DNA from: Lama glama
Lineage: Eukaryota
Direction of reading: 5' to 3'
Assembly: GCA_028534125.1 (NCBI GenBank)
Contig: CM052832.1
Coordinates: 23,252,001 to 23,316,000, forward strand
Length of the DNA stretch: 64,000 nucleotides
Shown here: positions 12,455 to 24,852 of the stretch, piece after piece
Layout: the number at the start of each line of letters is the position of its first letter
Position numbering within the stretch: position 1 is the first letter of the stretch
Notes under the pieces: generated by a model
Seen by the model: only the letters and a program-made list of their open reading frames with translations
What the model was told of the DNA's origin: nothing
Databases searched by the model: none
Made by a program: the position numbers and the translations under genes

Positions 12455-15400
12455 AAATCTAATTTTTATATTTTTTCCTACAAAATATTTAGGAGAAATA
12501 GATGGAGAGAGATATGAGACTATGACCGACAAAGTACATGACATTGTGATAAGCTAACCCGAAACCCTACAGAATACAGGGCATCTGGGAAGCGAAGTTT
12601 TAACATTCACAAAATGCCTATGCTTTTTCTAAAAAGCACATTTCTTATTTCTTGTTTTCTTTTCATGTTCTCATTGCCACTACAAGGTAAGGCCCAAGAG
12701 GAAGAAATCCATCCCCAGCTTTTCTAACAATAAAAATTTATCAAAGAAGGTAGGAGTGAATCTGAGAAGAACAGCTCAATGATATTTCTGGCATTGTAAT
12801 TTTACCTTCATCATCATCAGTCCCCCTTCAACACCACCACTGTGCCCTGCCCACCTCTTTTTAAATCAGTGGTTCCCTTGCCTCCCACAATTATTCTTAC
12901 AGCCCTGCTGAGTAATTTTCTTCAGCCTACCTGGCATAACAACAAAGCTCAATAGCAGGAAGGAATGCCACTTGAAGGCAGGTCAGACAATGATGTCATT
13001 AGCAGATCAAGGAGAAGTGTTCTTTCAGAAAGACCCACAGAGCAAGAGATGGGCCGATTTCCTGGGTCATGACATTACCCTGAAACGACAATCACTAGGG
13101 CATGAATATCTAAATCAAAATGTCTTCTCCAAATGAATAAAATCATGTATAAATATCACCCTTTCCTGTGAAAGTTAAAAGTTTTACATAGACATTTTAG
13201 TTAGAAACAAATTTAAAACCACTTTGGGGAAAGAATTCCTCCATCCCACACTAAGCAAGGTACAGGGTGTGTATTTTTGTACATCTCTGCCAAATCAGTT
13301 TCTTAAGGAAGGAAATGCAGGAAAATGCAAAATGCAGGAAATAAGGTCAACCCACAGAGCACTGAATGCCACATGTGTTAGGTGCTGTGGATGCAAAAGG
13401 CAATTAAACATAGTCCTCACTCAACAAAGAGTAAACTAGTTGAGGAGGTTGTCAACGGACAGTTTTAATCTTACACAGGACAACTTTGAGTTTATAGCTT
13501 CAGCCACAAGTCCAGCAAAGAGACAAATGAGATAGTCTTGTTCTACCTTCCCAAGAAAGACAAAAACCAGTTGACTTAAAGTCCGAGACTCAAATTCATG
13601 ACTGCAGAGGGACTAGAAACCGATGAGACACAGCTTTCAAAGCATGGTCTTTAACAGGTACCACAAGCCATATGATCAGAAGTATCTCCAGGTATGAATA
13701 AGTGTATTTCACTTAGATTGTTGTGTTTTCAATTCAAGGAAGGGATCCAATCACAGTTGAGAAGTCTCTTGTGCCATGTTGCAAAAGCACTGATCACTTT
13801 TACTCTTTTTAATGTATGATTTTCCATTTTTAAATAACTACTACAGTACGACATACTGAGTTTAGAAGTACTCATTATCAAGTAAATAGCAAATGTTAAT
13901 AAAAATAAAACCTTAGTACAAGACCTCTCACATATGCCTAAAGGTGAAAAATATTTTTAAATTAAAATAATTAAATAAATTAACTTAGGTGCTCTTACGC
14001 CTCTTCAAATCATTTAACGCCCAGGTGACATCAGTGGAACATTACCAAAAAAACAAAAACATAATTGAGGTGACAAACATCAAAGTATTTTTCATTATCA
14101 GGTCAAACAACATGAATTAAAAGTTACCATTCTAGTCTAAAATCACTTCTAAGCTTACTCGAATTCCTTCAGGACAGAAGCCACATCTTATTCATCTGTA
14201 TATCCTCAGGACCTAGTCACTAGATACCACAGTGGATAACTTCTCTAATGTACATGGAGGAGAAAAAACATTCAGGGCCTGATTCTCATCCATATTCACT
14301 TCCAGCAATTCAAAAGCTGAAAATATTGATAATTTGCTGTTGCTAAGGCACTTCAATAAATTAAGGCAGACATCCCCGGAAAAAAGTCTCAGTACTCAGG
14401 CTACAGATATCTACTCCCCAAAGCTCCAATTGGCCCAATTCCCATCTCCAAAATAATCAGTTGCACAAAGTAGGTTTAGTTCCAAAACTGTGTGGACTTT
14501 GTTCCTCCACCAGCACCTGGGTTCAGCATGATTCCTGACCTCTACCTCAAACCAGAGATTTCAAACACTAAGAACCTCACTTAACAAGAAAGTAATGTCA
14601 TAAGTCAAAGCCAGGGGAAACTGAGAAGCTAGGGCTAGCAGAAACAGTACAGAGAAATGATTCTGATGCCCTTAAAAATGTTCCTAAACATCTAAAATAC
14701 TAAAACAACTTTTTTTAAAGGAAAATTTAAATAAACTTTCTCAGATTAAAAGTGTTCGTATTATTGAAGCAAAAGATGGTTTCCAGAAAGCTAAATGGCC
14801 TTACTATCTAGTTAAAATGAGCTTTTTTCTTTCTGATAGAGCATACTTTTCTCTCTGTTGTAGGATTTGGCTCTGAAAACCTGGCTCATAACCTGGGAGA
14901 TCCAAAAACTAATTATTATGTTTAAAAAAAGACATGTCTTAAACTGACCTAGTTTGGAAGCCTGGATGCCTTTAAATTGCCAATGAACGGAAACCATTCA
15001 TGAGAATGGGCCTTTTGAATGCTGAGAATGTTCTTCGGGGCTCGGCACAAAGATATTTGGCATAGATGACTGTAAATATTTGTAAAACTCTGAGTAAATG
15101 GACAGTGTTTGACCACACTCAAACCTCACTTCCAGCACAGTACTGCAGAAGCAAGTTATCTAGGGTGATTGGTTTTTTTTGGGGGGGGGGGAGGTGAGTT
15201 TTTTTTCTTTTTGTTTTAAATAAAAAGCCAAGCAATATGATTCTGCTGTTCGACATCTTCTTAACATTTCCTCTACCATGAATTTCTTTATTCAAGACAG
15301 TTCCAAGTAGTCAGAGGCTACTTTTGAAATCATTTGTTTTTTCTTTCCCACTTTATTAACTTCATGCCCACCACAAAGAATAAAATCCCAGTCACAGGTG

Positions 15401-15543
15401 TGCAAAAGGCAGGAGTTTCTGAAAATGTGGGCGTGGATTTCCTAATACAGTTATCTCCACGTGGCCTTGTGGCTCTACTATAGATATCTTTCTTTTTCTC
15501 TCCCTCTCTCGTCCACTAGGTAGCTTCAGAAATACTTAAGGGA

Positions 15544-15695
15544 ATATGAAAACAAATATATGTATATATATGCATGACTGGGACATTATGCTGTACACCA
15601 GAAATTGACATATTATAACTGACCATACATCAACTAAAAAAAAAAGAAGAAGAATGAAACCTTGGTTAAAAAAAAAGGGAAGAAAGAAAGACTGA
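15544..15695 (+). mobile_element. Short recent L1 3' tip with a compound tail
   Basis: TGCATGACTGGGACATTATGCTGTACACCAGAAATTGACA. TSD CAGAAATACTTAAGGGA / CAGACAGACTTAAGGGA (15527-15543 and 15696-15712). Confidence 0.85.
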
Positions 15696-16815
15696 CAGAC
15701 AGACTTAAGGGACTGCTATCCATGGAAAGGACTTCGGTTGAGAAGGCTGGACAGAGTAAGGAGACAAGGGATCAAAAGAGGAATAAGATGTGAAAGGGAC
15801 TGGAGACTAAAAGACTCACCTTAGTGAAAGCTGCAGCAGCCAGATACTTTAATTAGCCAGCAACTCAATGAAGACTGGCTGGATTCCTTCTGCCTCTTAC
15901 CCACACCCTAAAAACTGAGTCATCTCAAAGTTCATTTCTTTTGCTTCTGGGCCCTAGACACCCCCAACTGGCTGCTTCAGATATGTTAGATACATTGTTC
16001 TTTCATTCATACCTGGCAATGTTCAAATAAACATCCAGAAATACCAAATTAGAAGAACACTGCTAGTCCTACTGAAATCCCAGCTAATAATATAAGATAC
16101 TTGCAGCAGAAAGAAATAAGAAAGTAAGACTATAGTGCAAGCATGAAGGCAGAAAACATTTTCCCAGAAAGGGGAATTAATTTCTGAGAAATCCAAACAT
16201 GAGAAGTATATGCATCAGGAATAGATTTACAGCAGAATCCCTGAAACTAATAAGAAAAACAAAAGATACCCTGGAAGGAGTAAGCTAAAGATACCTCTTC
16301 TCTGCTGATACAGAAATCAGTTTCATTTTAACTTAAACTAGAGAATAGCAGTATAGGATCAAAGTTTCACAGTTTCATCAGCAATTACACAACAAAATAA
16401 TCAGCGTAATACATGGCCAAGATCTCACGGATAATATAACATCTTATCCATATCTCTATATGTCGCTATTGCTCCAAATAACAGAAGGTAAACAGCTGAG
16501 ATTATGCCAACTCTGGTCTCCGCTGAAGACATTGGGAGGTTTGTCCTAATCCTGAAATTTACAATATACACCGTTTTGCTAGAAATTAAGCTAGTTTCTT
16601 TTTACCTTTACAAAGACATCTATTTTTAAAAGTTAACAGGTGTTTTAGGCATTCAGAATGAATTCAGTTCCATATGGATTAAGCACTGGAGGTAGAAAAT
16701 AAAGCTAAAAACCACGGTATCAGAGTGAGTCTCCCGTCCTTTTTTTTCTTTTCTTAGCCCCACACCACTGCTGTCTCGCAATGCCTGCAGCGTTTAAAAA
16801 GCTTGCTAAACCTAC

Positions 16816-17095
16816 CTGGCAGGAGAGCTACGTTCCACCCGGCCGCCGGGCTTCTCAGCAGCCTGCCTCGCGCGCACCGTCCGCCAGGGCTGCTCGCACC
16901 CCCGGGAGGAGGAGCTGTTCCATTCTCTCCCCCTTCCTCCGTGCTCTGCGGCTGACAGCTTTGCACTCTGCAGGACAGCAACAGGGTTCGGGCTCCCAGA
17001 CCTATGGGGCCGGAGGAGGAGGAGGAGTACCTATAATCGCCTCCTGCCTTGGGACGCAGCTGCGATGCCCGGGAACCTTGCAGAGCGTGGGGCGC
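16816..17095 (-). other. RNF144B: RNF144B non-coding exon 1 (5' end approximate)
   Basis: Lies inside the only CpG island and ends at donor CAG|GTAGGT (16815-16810). The TSS is estimated ~30 nt downstream of the TATA box. This gives an ~11.0-kb intron 1 (5810-16815). Confidence 0.8.
16855..16923 (-). CDS. Candidate upstream ORF (22 aa, MEQLLLPGVRAALADGAREAGC*) in RNF144B exon 1
   Basis: ATG in a strong Kozak context (AGAATGG: A at -3, G at +4) with TGA at 16857-16855. Translation is not demonstrated. Confidence 0.45.
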   Translation of the reverse strand: MEQLLLPGVRAALADGAREAGC

Positions 17096-17117
17096 CGCAC
17101 GCCAGCAGCCGCTCGTT

Positions 17118-17157
17118 TATTTATACAGGAAGCTCAGGCGCGGCACTTCCTACTTCC
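17118..17157 (-). promoter_or_regulatory. TATA box (TATAAATA, 17125-17118) with tandem ETS motifs (GGAAGT at 17157-17152 and 17150-17145)
   Basis: The minus strand reads GGAAGTAGGAAGTG...TGTATAAATAAA, an AT island inside GC-rich DNA, correctly oriented upstream of exon 1. Confidence 0.7.
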
Positions 17158-18921
17158 CATCTGGGTCGCACTTCAGCTGCAGGTGATGGTCTTAACCCTG
17201 TCTGAGCCCGGCTGCCAGCGCAGTCCAGCCCTCCTGCACTCGCTCCACGTCTCAGGACCTCTCTCTTGTCCTTCTGGGACGGCTGCCGCAGAAATCCGGA
17301 GCGGGGTGGCCAGCAGCAGCCCCTAGTGTCCTTCATCCTGCCTAGCCCGGGACACTTCACCTACCGGCCTTCAGAGCTTGCTGCTTCTCTGCGCGTGTCC
17401 TCCTAGGACACCTGGCTCCCTCCTTCACAGCTCTTTAAACCTCTTGCTTCTACTTCTAACAATCCAGACCTGCCTTCCCACCTTGCTAGGAAACTGTTCT
17501 TGTAAAAACACTTCCCATGCACACCTCATCCAGAACACCTTGTACCGGATTTGTCCTTTTGCGTCTAATGATAAAATTAGAACGCAGGCGAATCAAATCA
17601 GGACTGGCTTAGCTTACTTCACACCTTTATGAAACAATGATTTTGCTTGAAGTGCTTTGTCAACAAGTTATGCGGGGAACTGCTTAGAAACCTAACAGGT
17701 TGTAGTCCAGTTAAAGAAAATGTAACAAAGTAATCATCCAGAAGCTGTGGGGTACCACCATGTGCCTTCCTCACTCCAAAACCTGGACACTTAGTGTCTG
17801 TGTGATGTTTACAACACATTACATACCTACTCACTCCTCACACCCACCCCCTCCCCCCATGGGTCACAGTCACAATCCCAAATCTGTTCAAAGCTGCAAT
17901 TTAGACACGTGGCTGTTGCTCTGACCGGGGAATTTTCTGTGCTCACTCCGCCACTTCACTCTGCTTTTGCAACCACGGTCAAGAATGTGCTTCCTGAAAT
18001 GAAGGGACTCACAGGCCTTTGTGGAAGGGATCTGAGCATGCCAGTGAAGTATCAGCAGTAGGCACCGTTCCAAAGGACACAAGCAAACGGCTTCTCAGCT
18101 CGCCATGTTGAAAAAACCTCAAGGTCAAAGCCAAGTGCTGAAGAACACAGTGCATCTCTATGGACGATCATAGGACAGGCAGGAAGACCATTCCACGAGT
18201 GGGAGAGAAAGGGAAGGAAAGGGAGATAAGATGGTAAGAGAACACACAGTGGGGACCCCAAATAATAGAACTGAAGGCTCTTTGAGCTTGAAAAGTCCTT
18301 CTAGCTAGTTTAGTCCAAACACCTAATTTCAGAAATGAAGAAACAACTGTCCAGGGAGATTTAAGTGGCTTGCTTGAACCAGCTAGGGGCAAAGCTGGAA
18401 CCAGACCTAAATCTGTGTTAGATGAAAAAGGTTTATGTTAATGAAAACCATCCCATGGATGCCTAACTTCAAATTTAGCAGAAGCTTAGGTTCTGGGATA
18501 ATCAATCTCAAGGTATTTTCTCAGTGTAGTGACTATTGTTGATGGACAGGAATCAGGAAAGATAAAGAAAGCACCTTCTAAGAGGTTAATTTTTTCATTA
18601 GTGTCAATATAAAACCTTGGTGCCTTAAACCAAAGTTCAACACAGAGTCTACTTTTTAAATTACCATGCAATTAAATTATAATCTCTTATAATCTCTTGT
18701 CAACAGGATAAGGGAAGAAACTAATATGAATGAAAACGTGGGTTAAGCAATAATCATGCTGCTGCAAATAGCAAATGGGAAGAAAAATTATATTGTATAA
18801 TTAAATAATATTGGCATTAATTATTTTCAACCATGCAAGTTTATAAAAACTGCAAATTTTAATAAGACTAAATAAACATGTAGAACGCGGTAGTATTATG
18901 TGAACAACTCTTTCAGATCTG

Positions 18922-19349
18922 TGATAAAAATAAAATTTAACCAAGGAGGTTAAAGACTGTACACTGAAACCATAAGACACTGATGAAAGAAACTGAAGAA
19001 GACACAAATAAATGGAAAAACATTCCATGCTCATGGGTTAGAAGAATTAATATTCTTAGAATGTCCATGCTACCCAAAGCAATCTACAGATTCGATGCAA
19101 TTCTATCAAAATTTCAATGGCATTTTTCACAGAAATAGAACGATCCTAAAATTTTTACGGAACCACAAAAGACCCCAGATGGACAAAGCACTCTTGAGAA
19201 AGAACAAAGCTGGAGGAATCACACTTCCTGATTTCAAACTGTATTACAAAGCTGTCTTAATCAAAAATGAACACATTGAATCTGACTATACTTCAATTTT
19301 TTTTAAATAATAATAAAATAAAACATGTAAGTTGCATATTTTAAAAAAT
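18922..19349 (+). mobile_element. L1 insertion: an ORF2 fragment joined directly to the extreme 3' tip
   Basis: Decayed ORF2 (...[22 protein letters not shown]), then ...GACTATACTTCAA and a tail. Perfect 15-bp TSD ACTCTTTCAGATCTG (18907-18921 and 19350-19364). Confidence 0.88.
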
Positions 19350-19384
19350 ACTCTTTCAGATCTGCCTGATGAATTCACAGTGAG

Positions 19385-20130
19385 CATTCATTTTCACAAG
19401 CATGTATTGATCTCCTCCAGACAAGTGTCTAGATGCTGAGAAGACAGACATAAGTTAGACACGGCCCCTGTCCTCAAAGAGCTCTCAGTCCAGGGAAGGA
19501 GTCAGACAAGCAAGTAAATTATCAGGGTACTATAATGTGTACATATGTGATACAAGAGACAAACACAGGACCACAGAGAAAAAATTAATTAAATGAAGGG
19601 GGTTGGTGAAAAGAACCATGGGAGGCTTCCCTGAGAAAGTAACTTTAAGCTGAGGCTTCAAGTAGCCAAGTGGGGAAGGTGGAGAAAGGTGAACCAGTCA
19701 AAGGCAACAGCCAGAGCAAATGCCTAGAGATGTCAGATTTTAGGTGACACTTTTCACGTTCAGACAGAGCAGATGCATTCACAATAAAAGAATGAGGGCC
19801 TGGACTAATTTAGAGGCAACGGGCATGGAAAGGAAATGAACAAATGGAGAGAGATTTCAGAAACAGAACTGATGGGACCTGATATCTGATTGGATGTAGA
19901 GGATGAAGGAGAGAGAACTGTTCAAGCTGCTGGCACCACTAACTCAGAATGAGAATAAAGGAGAAGTAGCCATCAGGAAAATGATGATTCAATTTAAATC
20001 CTGCAGGATCCTAAGTGTCTCTGTGACACATAGAAGACTTGTCCAGAGAGATCTGGAGTAGAGGGTCTTTTAGGAATTGCCATCATTTAGGTGGTGTCTG
20101 TGGATGAGAATACAAAGAGGGAAGAAGCGG
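19385..20130 (-). mobile_element. L2 fragment
   Basis: CATTCATT...GGCCCCTGTCCTCAAAGAGCTCTCAGTC...GGAGGCTTCCCTGAG, antisense L2. Confidence 0.75.
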
Positions 20131-23100
20131 CTTTCCACCTAATACACACTCTTATCACCCACTCATTTTTATGTAACCTTAAACAAGTTATTTAACATAC
20201 CCAAACTCATGCATAAAATAGGCATGATGATATTCATCTCATAGGTAGTTGTGAGGCTCAGTGAGAGGTTTGTAAAGTAGCTAGTCTGTGTCTGGTGGCA
20301 CTATACCAGTCTTGAAGGTGGGCAGTGAATGGCACCTCCTGAAATTGTGCAGTACACAACCTGTTCAGCTGGACAGGTTCAACCTGGCCCGATACAGTCA
20401 ATGTCATTCATCTTAGAAGGAAGGGAAAAGGAGAGAAAAAAGAGAAGATGATCAGAAAAGAGAATTCAAAGGAACACCAGTTTGGGTTTTGTTTTGTTTT
20501 TTTAAAGGTAGGTAAAAGAGGATACCTCATATAAGCCTAAGAAGGAACTGCTTCTTTTAGACTAGAAAAGTCAATGTAACATTTAATATCACAGACTGAG
20601 AAGTAAAATCCAGTCACTACAGTCTACAAAAATATTTTTCATCTTTCTGAGCAATGATAGTCTTGCTATTACAAATTGTTCACCAGAGATTGCAGTCATG
20701 TTGACCTTCATCACAATACAGAATTTCCTAATTGCAACTACAGACTATCCTAAAGAAAAGGAAAACAAAATCTTGACATTAATGGTTAAGTAATCCAAAC
20801 CGTAGGAATTGTATTAACTTGTAACATACCTAAACTCATATAAAAGCAAGACCAAAATAAATCTAAAGCATACTTATGAAGCCAAAAAATAAATATAGAA
20901 ACCTAATTACTAGATATGTATAAGATACTTATGTAATACATATTATGTAATATGAAATATATTATATATATATGCACACACATATATATAACATGCATTG
21001 TAGTCCTACACAAGCAGGAAATCAACAAATGGAATTTCTTTTTTAAAAAATCATTATAATTAATATAAAGAAAAATCAACATTCATTCTGATGCTACTTA
21101 AATCACTCTTTTCTACCTTGGTATGTAAGTTGGTAACACATACCTTAGACTTGACATCTTAATTATATCCTGCACTAAGACATTTTTAAAAATGTTTCTA
21201 ATGATTTGTTTAGTTTCAAGAAATCAAGTGAAAGAACACAAGTATTGGGAAACCACCTTCTCCAACAGGTGCAATTCTCTCTCCACAGGAAAAGATTTAA
21301 GGCAAAGGTCATGGTGTTCTGCCACTGACAATTTGGCCATTTCTCATTTCCAAACAGCTACTATTTCATTCACATTCTTCTGTTGTATCTAACAATGCTC
21401 ATCTTATACATAAACTCAACATTTATTGAGGGTATTGAGTATAGACCTAAAAGTAACACACAATACAAAATGAGACTGAGAACATGACAAAAGACTACGA
21501 TAGAAACTATGCCAGAGATTCCTTCGACGTGGCATGGTGGTCAAACCACACGGAAGGTCAAAATATGACCTAGAAATGGTCACCCAGCTACATCCAACTT
21601 GATAACAAAAGTTTTCAAAAAGCTGGAGGAGTGTCATTTTGGTTCTATTTCATACATGCAAGAGCATCTCAACATCTCACAGAGTGAGTCAAAACCAGCT
21701 GGGTCCCAGTAAGAAAAACTGCCATCACCACTGTTCCACACAAGAGCCCATCATGACTCGAGGCAGAGAGCTGAACCCTTAACATCCTACACATAACTCC
21801 ACTAGCAAGCCAGGGTTATGGATCGATGAGAAAATGGAACTCAGCACTCTAGAAATTCACCTGACTAGAAGAAATGACTGCGTTAGCCCTGAATTAGAAT
21901 TCTCCACCAGAGAGTCAGATGAAACAGTCTTGAGAATCCTTATGCTTGCAAACTTTGCATGAATCTTTCTACTAATATTATCTCCTCCAAATTCTTGCAT
22001 ATCAGACAAGCAATGAAAAAAAACCCCAATGTTCCCATAAATTGTCATCCCAGCCAAAGTACCAACTGGTTTATAGAAAATGAGGACCCAGTCCTGTGCA
22101 CCCATATATATTCCACATAGATAAAAGGACTCAGCTGAAATAAAAGTCAAACTATTTCTTGGCTTAAATCATGAGGAATTTCATTCTTGGCATTAAGAGT
22201 CCCATCTACAAGGACCACATTACCCATATGTGGGAATATTATAAATGCTGACTTTCCAGAGTGGGACTTTATTTTGAAACACACCTTAAAAACTTAGGTT
22301 TTCTCTATAATATAGATGGCTGAGTCCCTTCTTTTCTGCCTTCTCCCTCTCCTTCATCTCCCGCCTCTTCCAGAAAAAAAGTGAATTATAAAGTCCCCTG
22401 GAAACCAGAAGTCAGACAAAACTAACAAATACTATCATCTGCAACAGATCACAGAAACCAAAGTTAAGGACATGGATGCCAGGGCTGCATGAATGTTGGA
22501 TGGAGCAGTGCAGGTACCTTGAGAGGCAAGGATGCAACACCATTTTATAAGAGGGGGAAAAAAACTCCCCTCCACTCGGAAAGTCTGTTTGCCTCCCACA
22601 TCTACCATGTGCCACCTGAAATCCTCTAGATCCTCATCAGAAGCTCATAAGAGGGTTTGCTATTGTTTCAATACATCCCCCCAGAGGACATGTTCACAGT
22701 CCTCACAAGGAACCCCTTAGGGACTTTTCTAGGTAATAACAATTGTAGCAAAACCCATAGCCTCTGTACCACAATGCTTGCATTTCTAACAAAAGAAATC
22801 TCAGAGAGGTCCTTCTTAGACATCAGTGTTCCCTAAGAGGATCTTTCTCAGTCCCCTTGGCCTCTGGCAAGGAATCATATTCAGATTAAATATATGAAGA
22901 TCAGTTTAAATAAGCAATAACTGAAGTCATGTTACTTTTGTTGCAATGTGCCTTTTCCCAAAGGCCTCACAATAATTTTTAAACTCACATTACACCTGAC
23001 CTGCATAACTATACCTATCTCACAGAAGTCACCATCACTAGCTGTAGGCAATTAATGATCTCATGAGGTCAGCAGTGAAGAAAATAATCTGTAATAATCT

Positions 23101-23229
23101 ATTGCCCAGGGTGTCTCTAATCAGATACACAGGCTCTCTTTCTTCCCTCCTCCAACTCAGCTCTCTCTTTATTCCTCGACCATGGGATTTACGGAGCACT
23201 CTAATTATTTATATGTCTGGCAGTAGTCT

Positions 23230-24850
23230 GTGAGAAGGGTGTCATAATATTTTTCTCATTTTCTACTCTCATCAGCCCCTTAGTCACCCATGTATCAACG
23301 TTAACAGCCTATGTTGTCTTCTAAACATTTTTCTTTGTGCTCACTGCATCACGCTGACGTATGCTATACACACAGACACATAAGCCACTTATCTTAGCTC
23401 TGGGAATTGTCTATTCATTTTCTCTGTCCATTTTGCTTTAGAAGAGTTTATACTTTCCCTGTCTATTCACAAGAGCTCTTTGTAAATTATAGACATTAAC
23501 ATTTTGCCTGCAATATATTTTACAAAGACTTTTCCCAGACAGAGTTGATGTCTATTGATTTATTTTGTTACTATTTCCATGAAATGGTTTTTGATGGTAT
23601 ATATTCTGATATGCCTGCCTTTTCTCACATAGCTTCTGGGGGTTCCAGTCTTGATTAAAGAGGTTTCCCAAGCTTCAGACAGTGAATGTGGGCTTCTCTA
23701 GATTCTCTTGTGAGATTTTTGAGTTTAATGTCTTTAATCCATCAAGGAATTATCTGTAAATAGTATATGATGAATCCTGTTACAGCTTATCAAGAGAACT
23801 ACCTATCATCAGAACAATTTATTAAGTAATCCAGGATTTTCTCACTGAACTGCCCTGCAAAATGTATCAAATACTCAGTTTTCTATATTTTGAATGATCT
23901 ATTCTGAATTATCTATTTTTGTATCTATTCTCTGCCAATAGTCAATCTGTTGATTTCTAGGCCAATACTATTTGATTATAGTGACTTTATAGCATTCTTG
24001 TTTTTCACACTTTTCTGGGTTACAATGGGGCATTTATCAACGTAAAACTTTATGATCGTTATACACAATTTTTAAAAACCCAGGTTGTCAGTGTGCTTTT
24101 GAATTACTGGAAATGTACATATTATACACTTGTATGGTTTTATCATATTATTTAAGGAAGCATTTCCTCCCATTTCTTAGTGCTCATTGCTAGAATAGGG
24201 AAAAGCTTTCAATTTATACATTTATCTTGCATCCCTGCCATCTCCCCAAATATTTTATTAATTCTACTAGAGTGGCTGTTTTTTTTTTAATTTAGTCTCA
24301 TTTTTGAGGGTTTGTATACAGTCATACCGTATCAGCAAGAGAAAAAGATTTTCTCTCTTCTAGTAAACATGTCAGCAATATAATTTGTTGTCTCATTTCA
24401 TTTTCTAGGACATAAAAGATAATGATAAATAAAAATGCTGCTCATAGGCATTCTAATCGAGATCCTTATTTAATTGGTTTTAGTATTTTGCCACCTATAA
24501 TGAAATCTGTTGTTAGTTTTTCACAAATAGTCTTTATTATGTCTAAAAAGTATCCTTCTATTTAAGAGCTTTATTAGTTAGGAATAGTACTAAACTTTAC
24601 CAAATGACTTTTTAGCAATTATTATATGATCATGTTATCTTTTTAAATTTTGATATAATGGATTGGGTGGCTGGGTTTTCTGATACTGAACCAAATTTAC
24701 ATTCCTGGAATAAAACCTTCTTGATCATACTGTATTGTCTGATACTGGTATTAAAGGTATACTGGCTTTATAATGTGAATTGGGGAGATCCTTGTCTTTT
24801 TCTATGATCTGGAAAAGTTTAAATAACATTGCAATTACCTGACTTTTAAA
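23230..24850 (-). mobile_element. Ancient L1 (L1ME-like) ORF2/3' remnant; continues at ~26350-26640
   Basis: T-rich antisense L1 motifs, e.g. ATACTGAACCAAATTTACATTCCTGGAATAAAACC...TGATCAT. The ORF track remnant reads KLFQIIEKDKDLPNSHYKASI.LIP (RT region). Confidence 0.75.
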
Positions 24851-24852
24851 GA

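Larger units (their letters stand above)
16790..17400. promoter_or_regulatory. CpG island / RNF144B promoter
   Basis: The only GC-rich, CpG-dense stretch in an otherwise AT-rich, CpG-depleted window. It overlaps exon 1. Confidence 0.88.

Noticed and set aside
14930..14955. Intronic p53-like site AGACATGTCT-n6-GACCTAGTTT
   Set aside because: It has one perfect half-site but a 6-nt spacer and an imperfect partner. Such matches are expected by chance in 64 kb.
16781..17326. 181-aa plus-strand ORF over the promoter
   Set aside because: It is an Ala/Arg/Pro/Gly-rich by-product of the CpG island (few stop codons), has no recognisable domain, and is antisense to RNF144B exon 1.
21555..21571. Palindrome AGGTCA-n5-TGACCT
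   Set aside because: IR5 is not a canonical nuclear-receptor spacing, and there is no other support.
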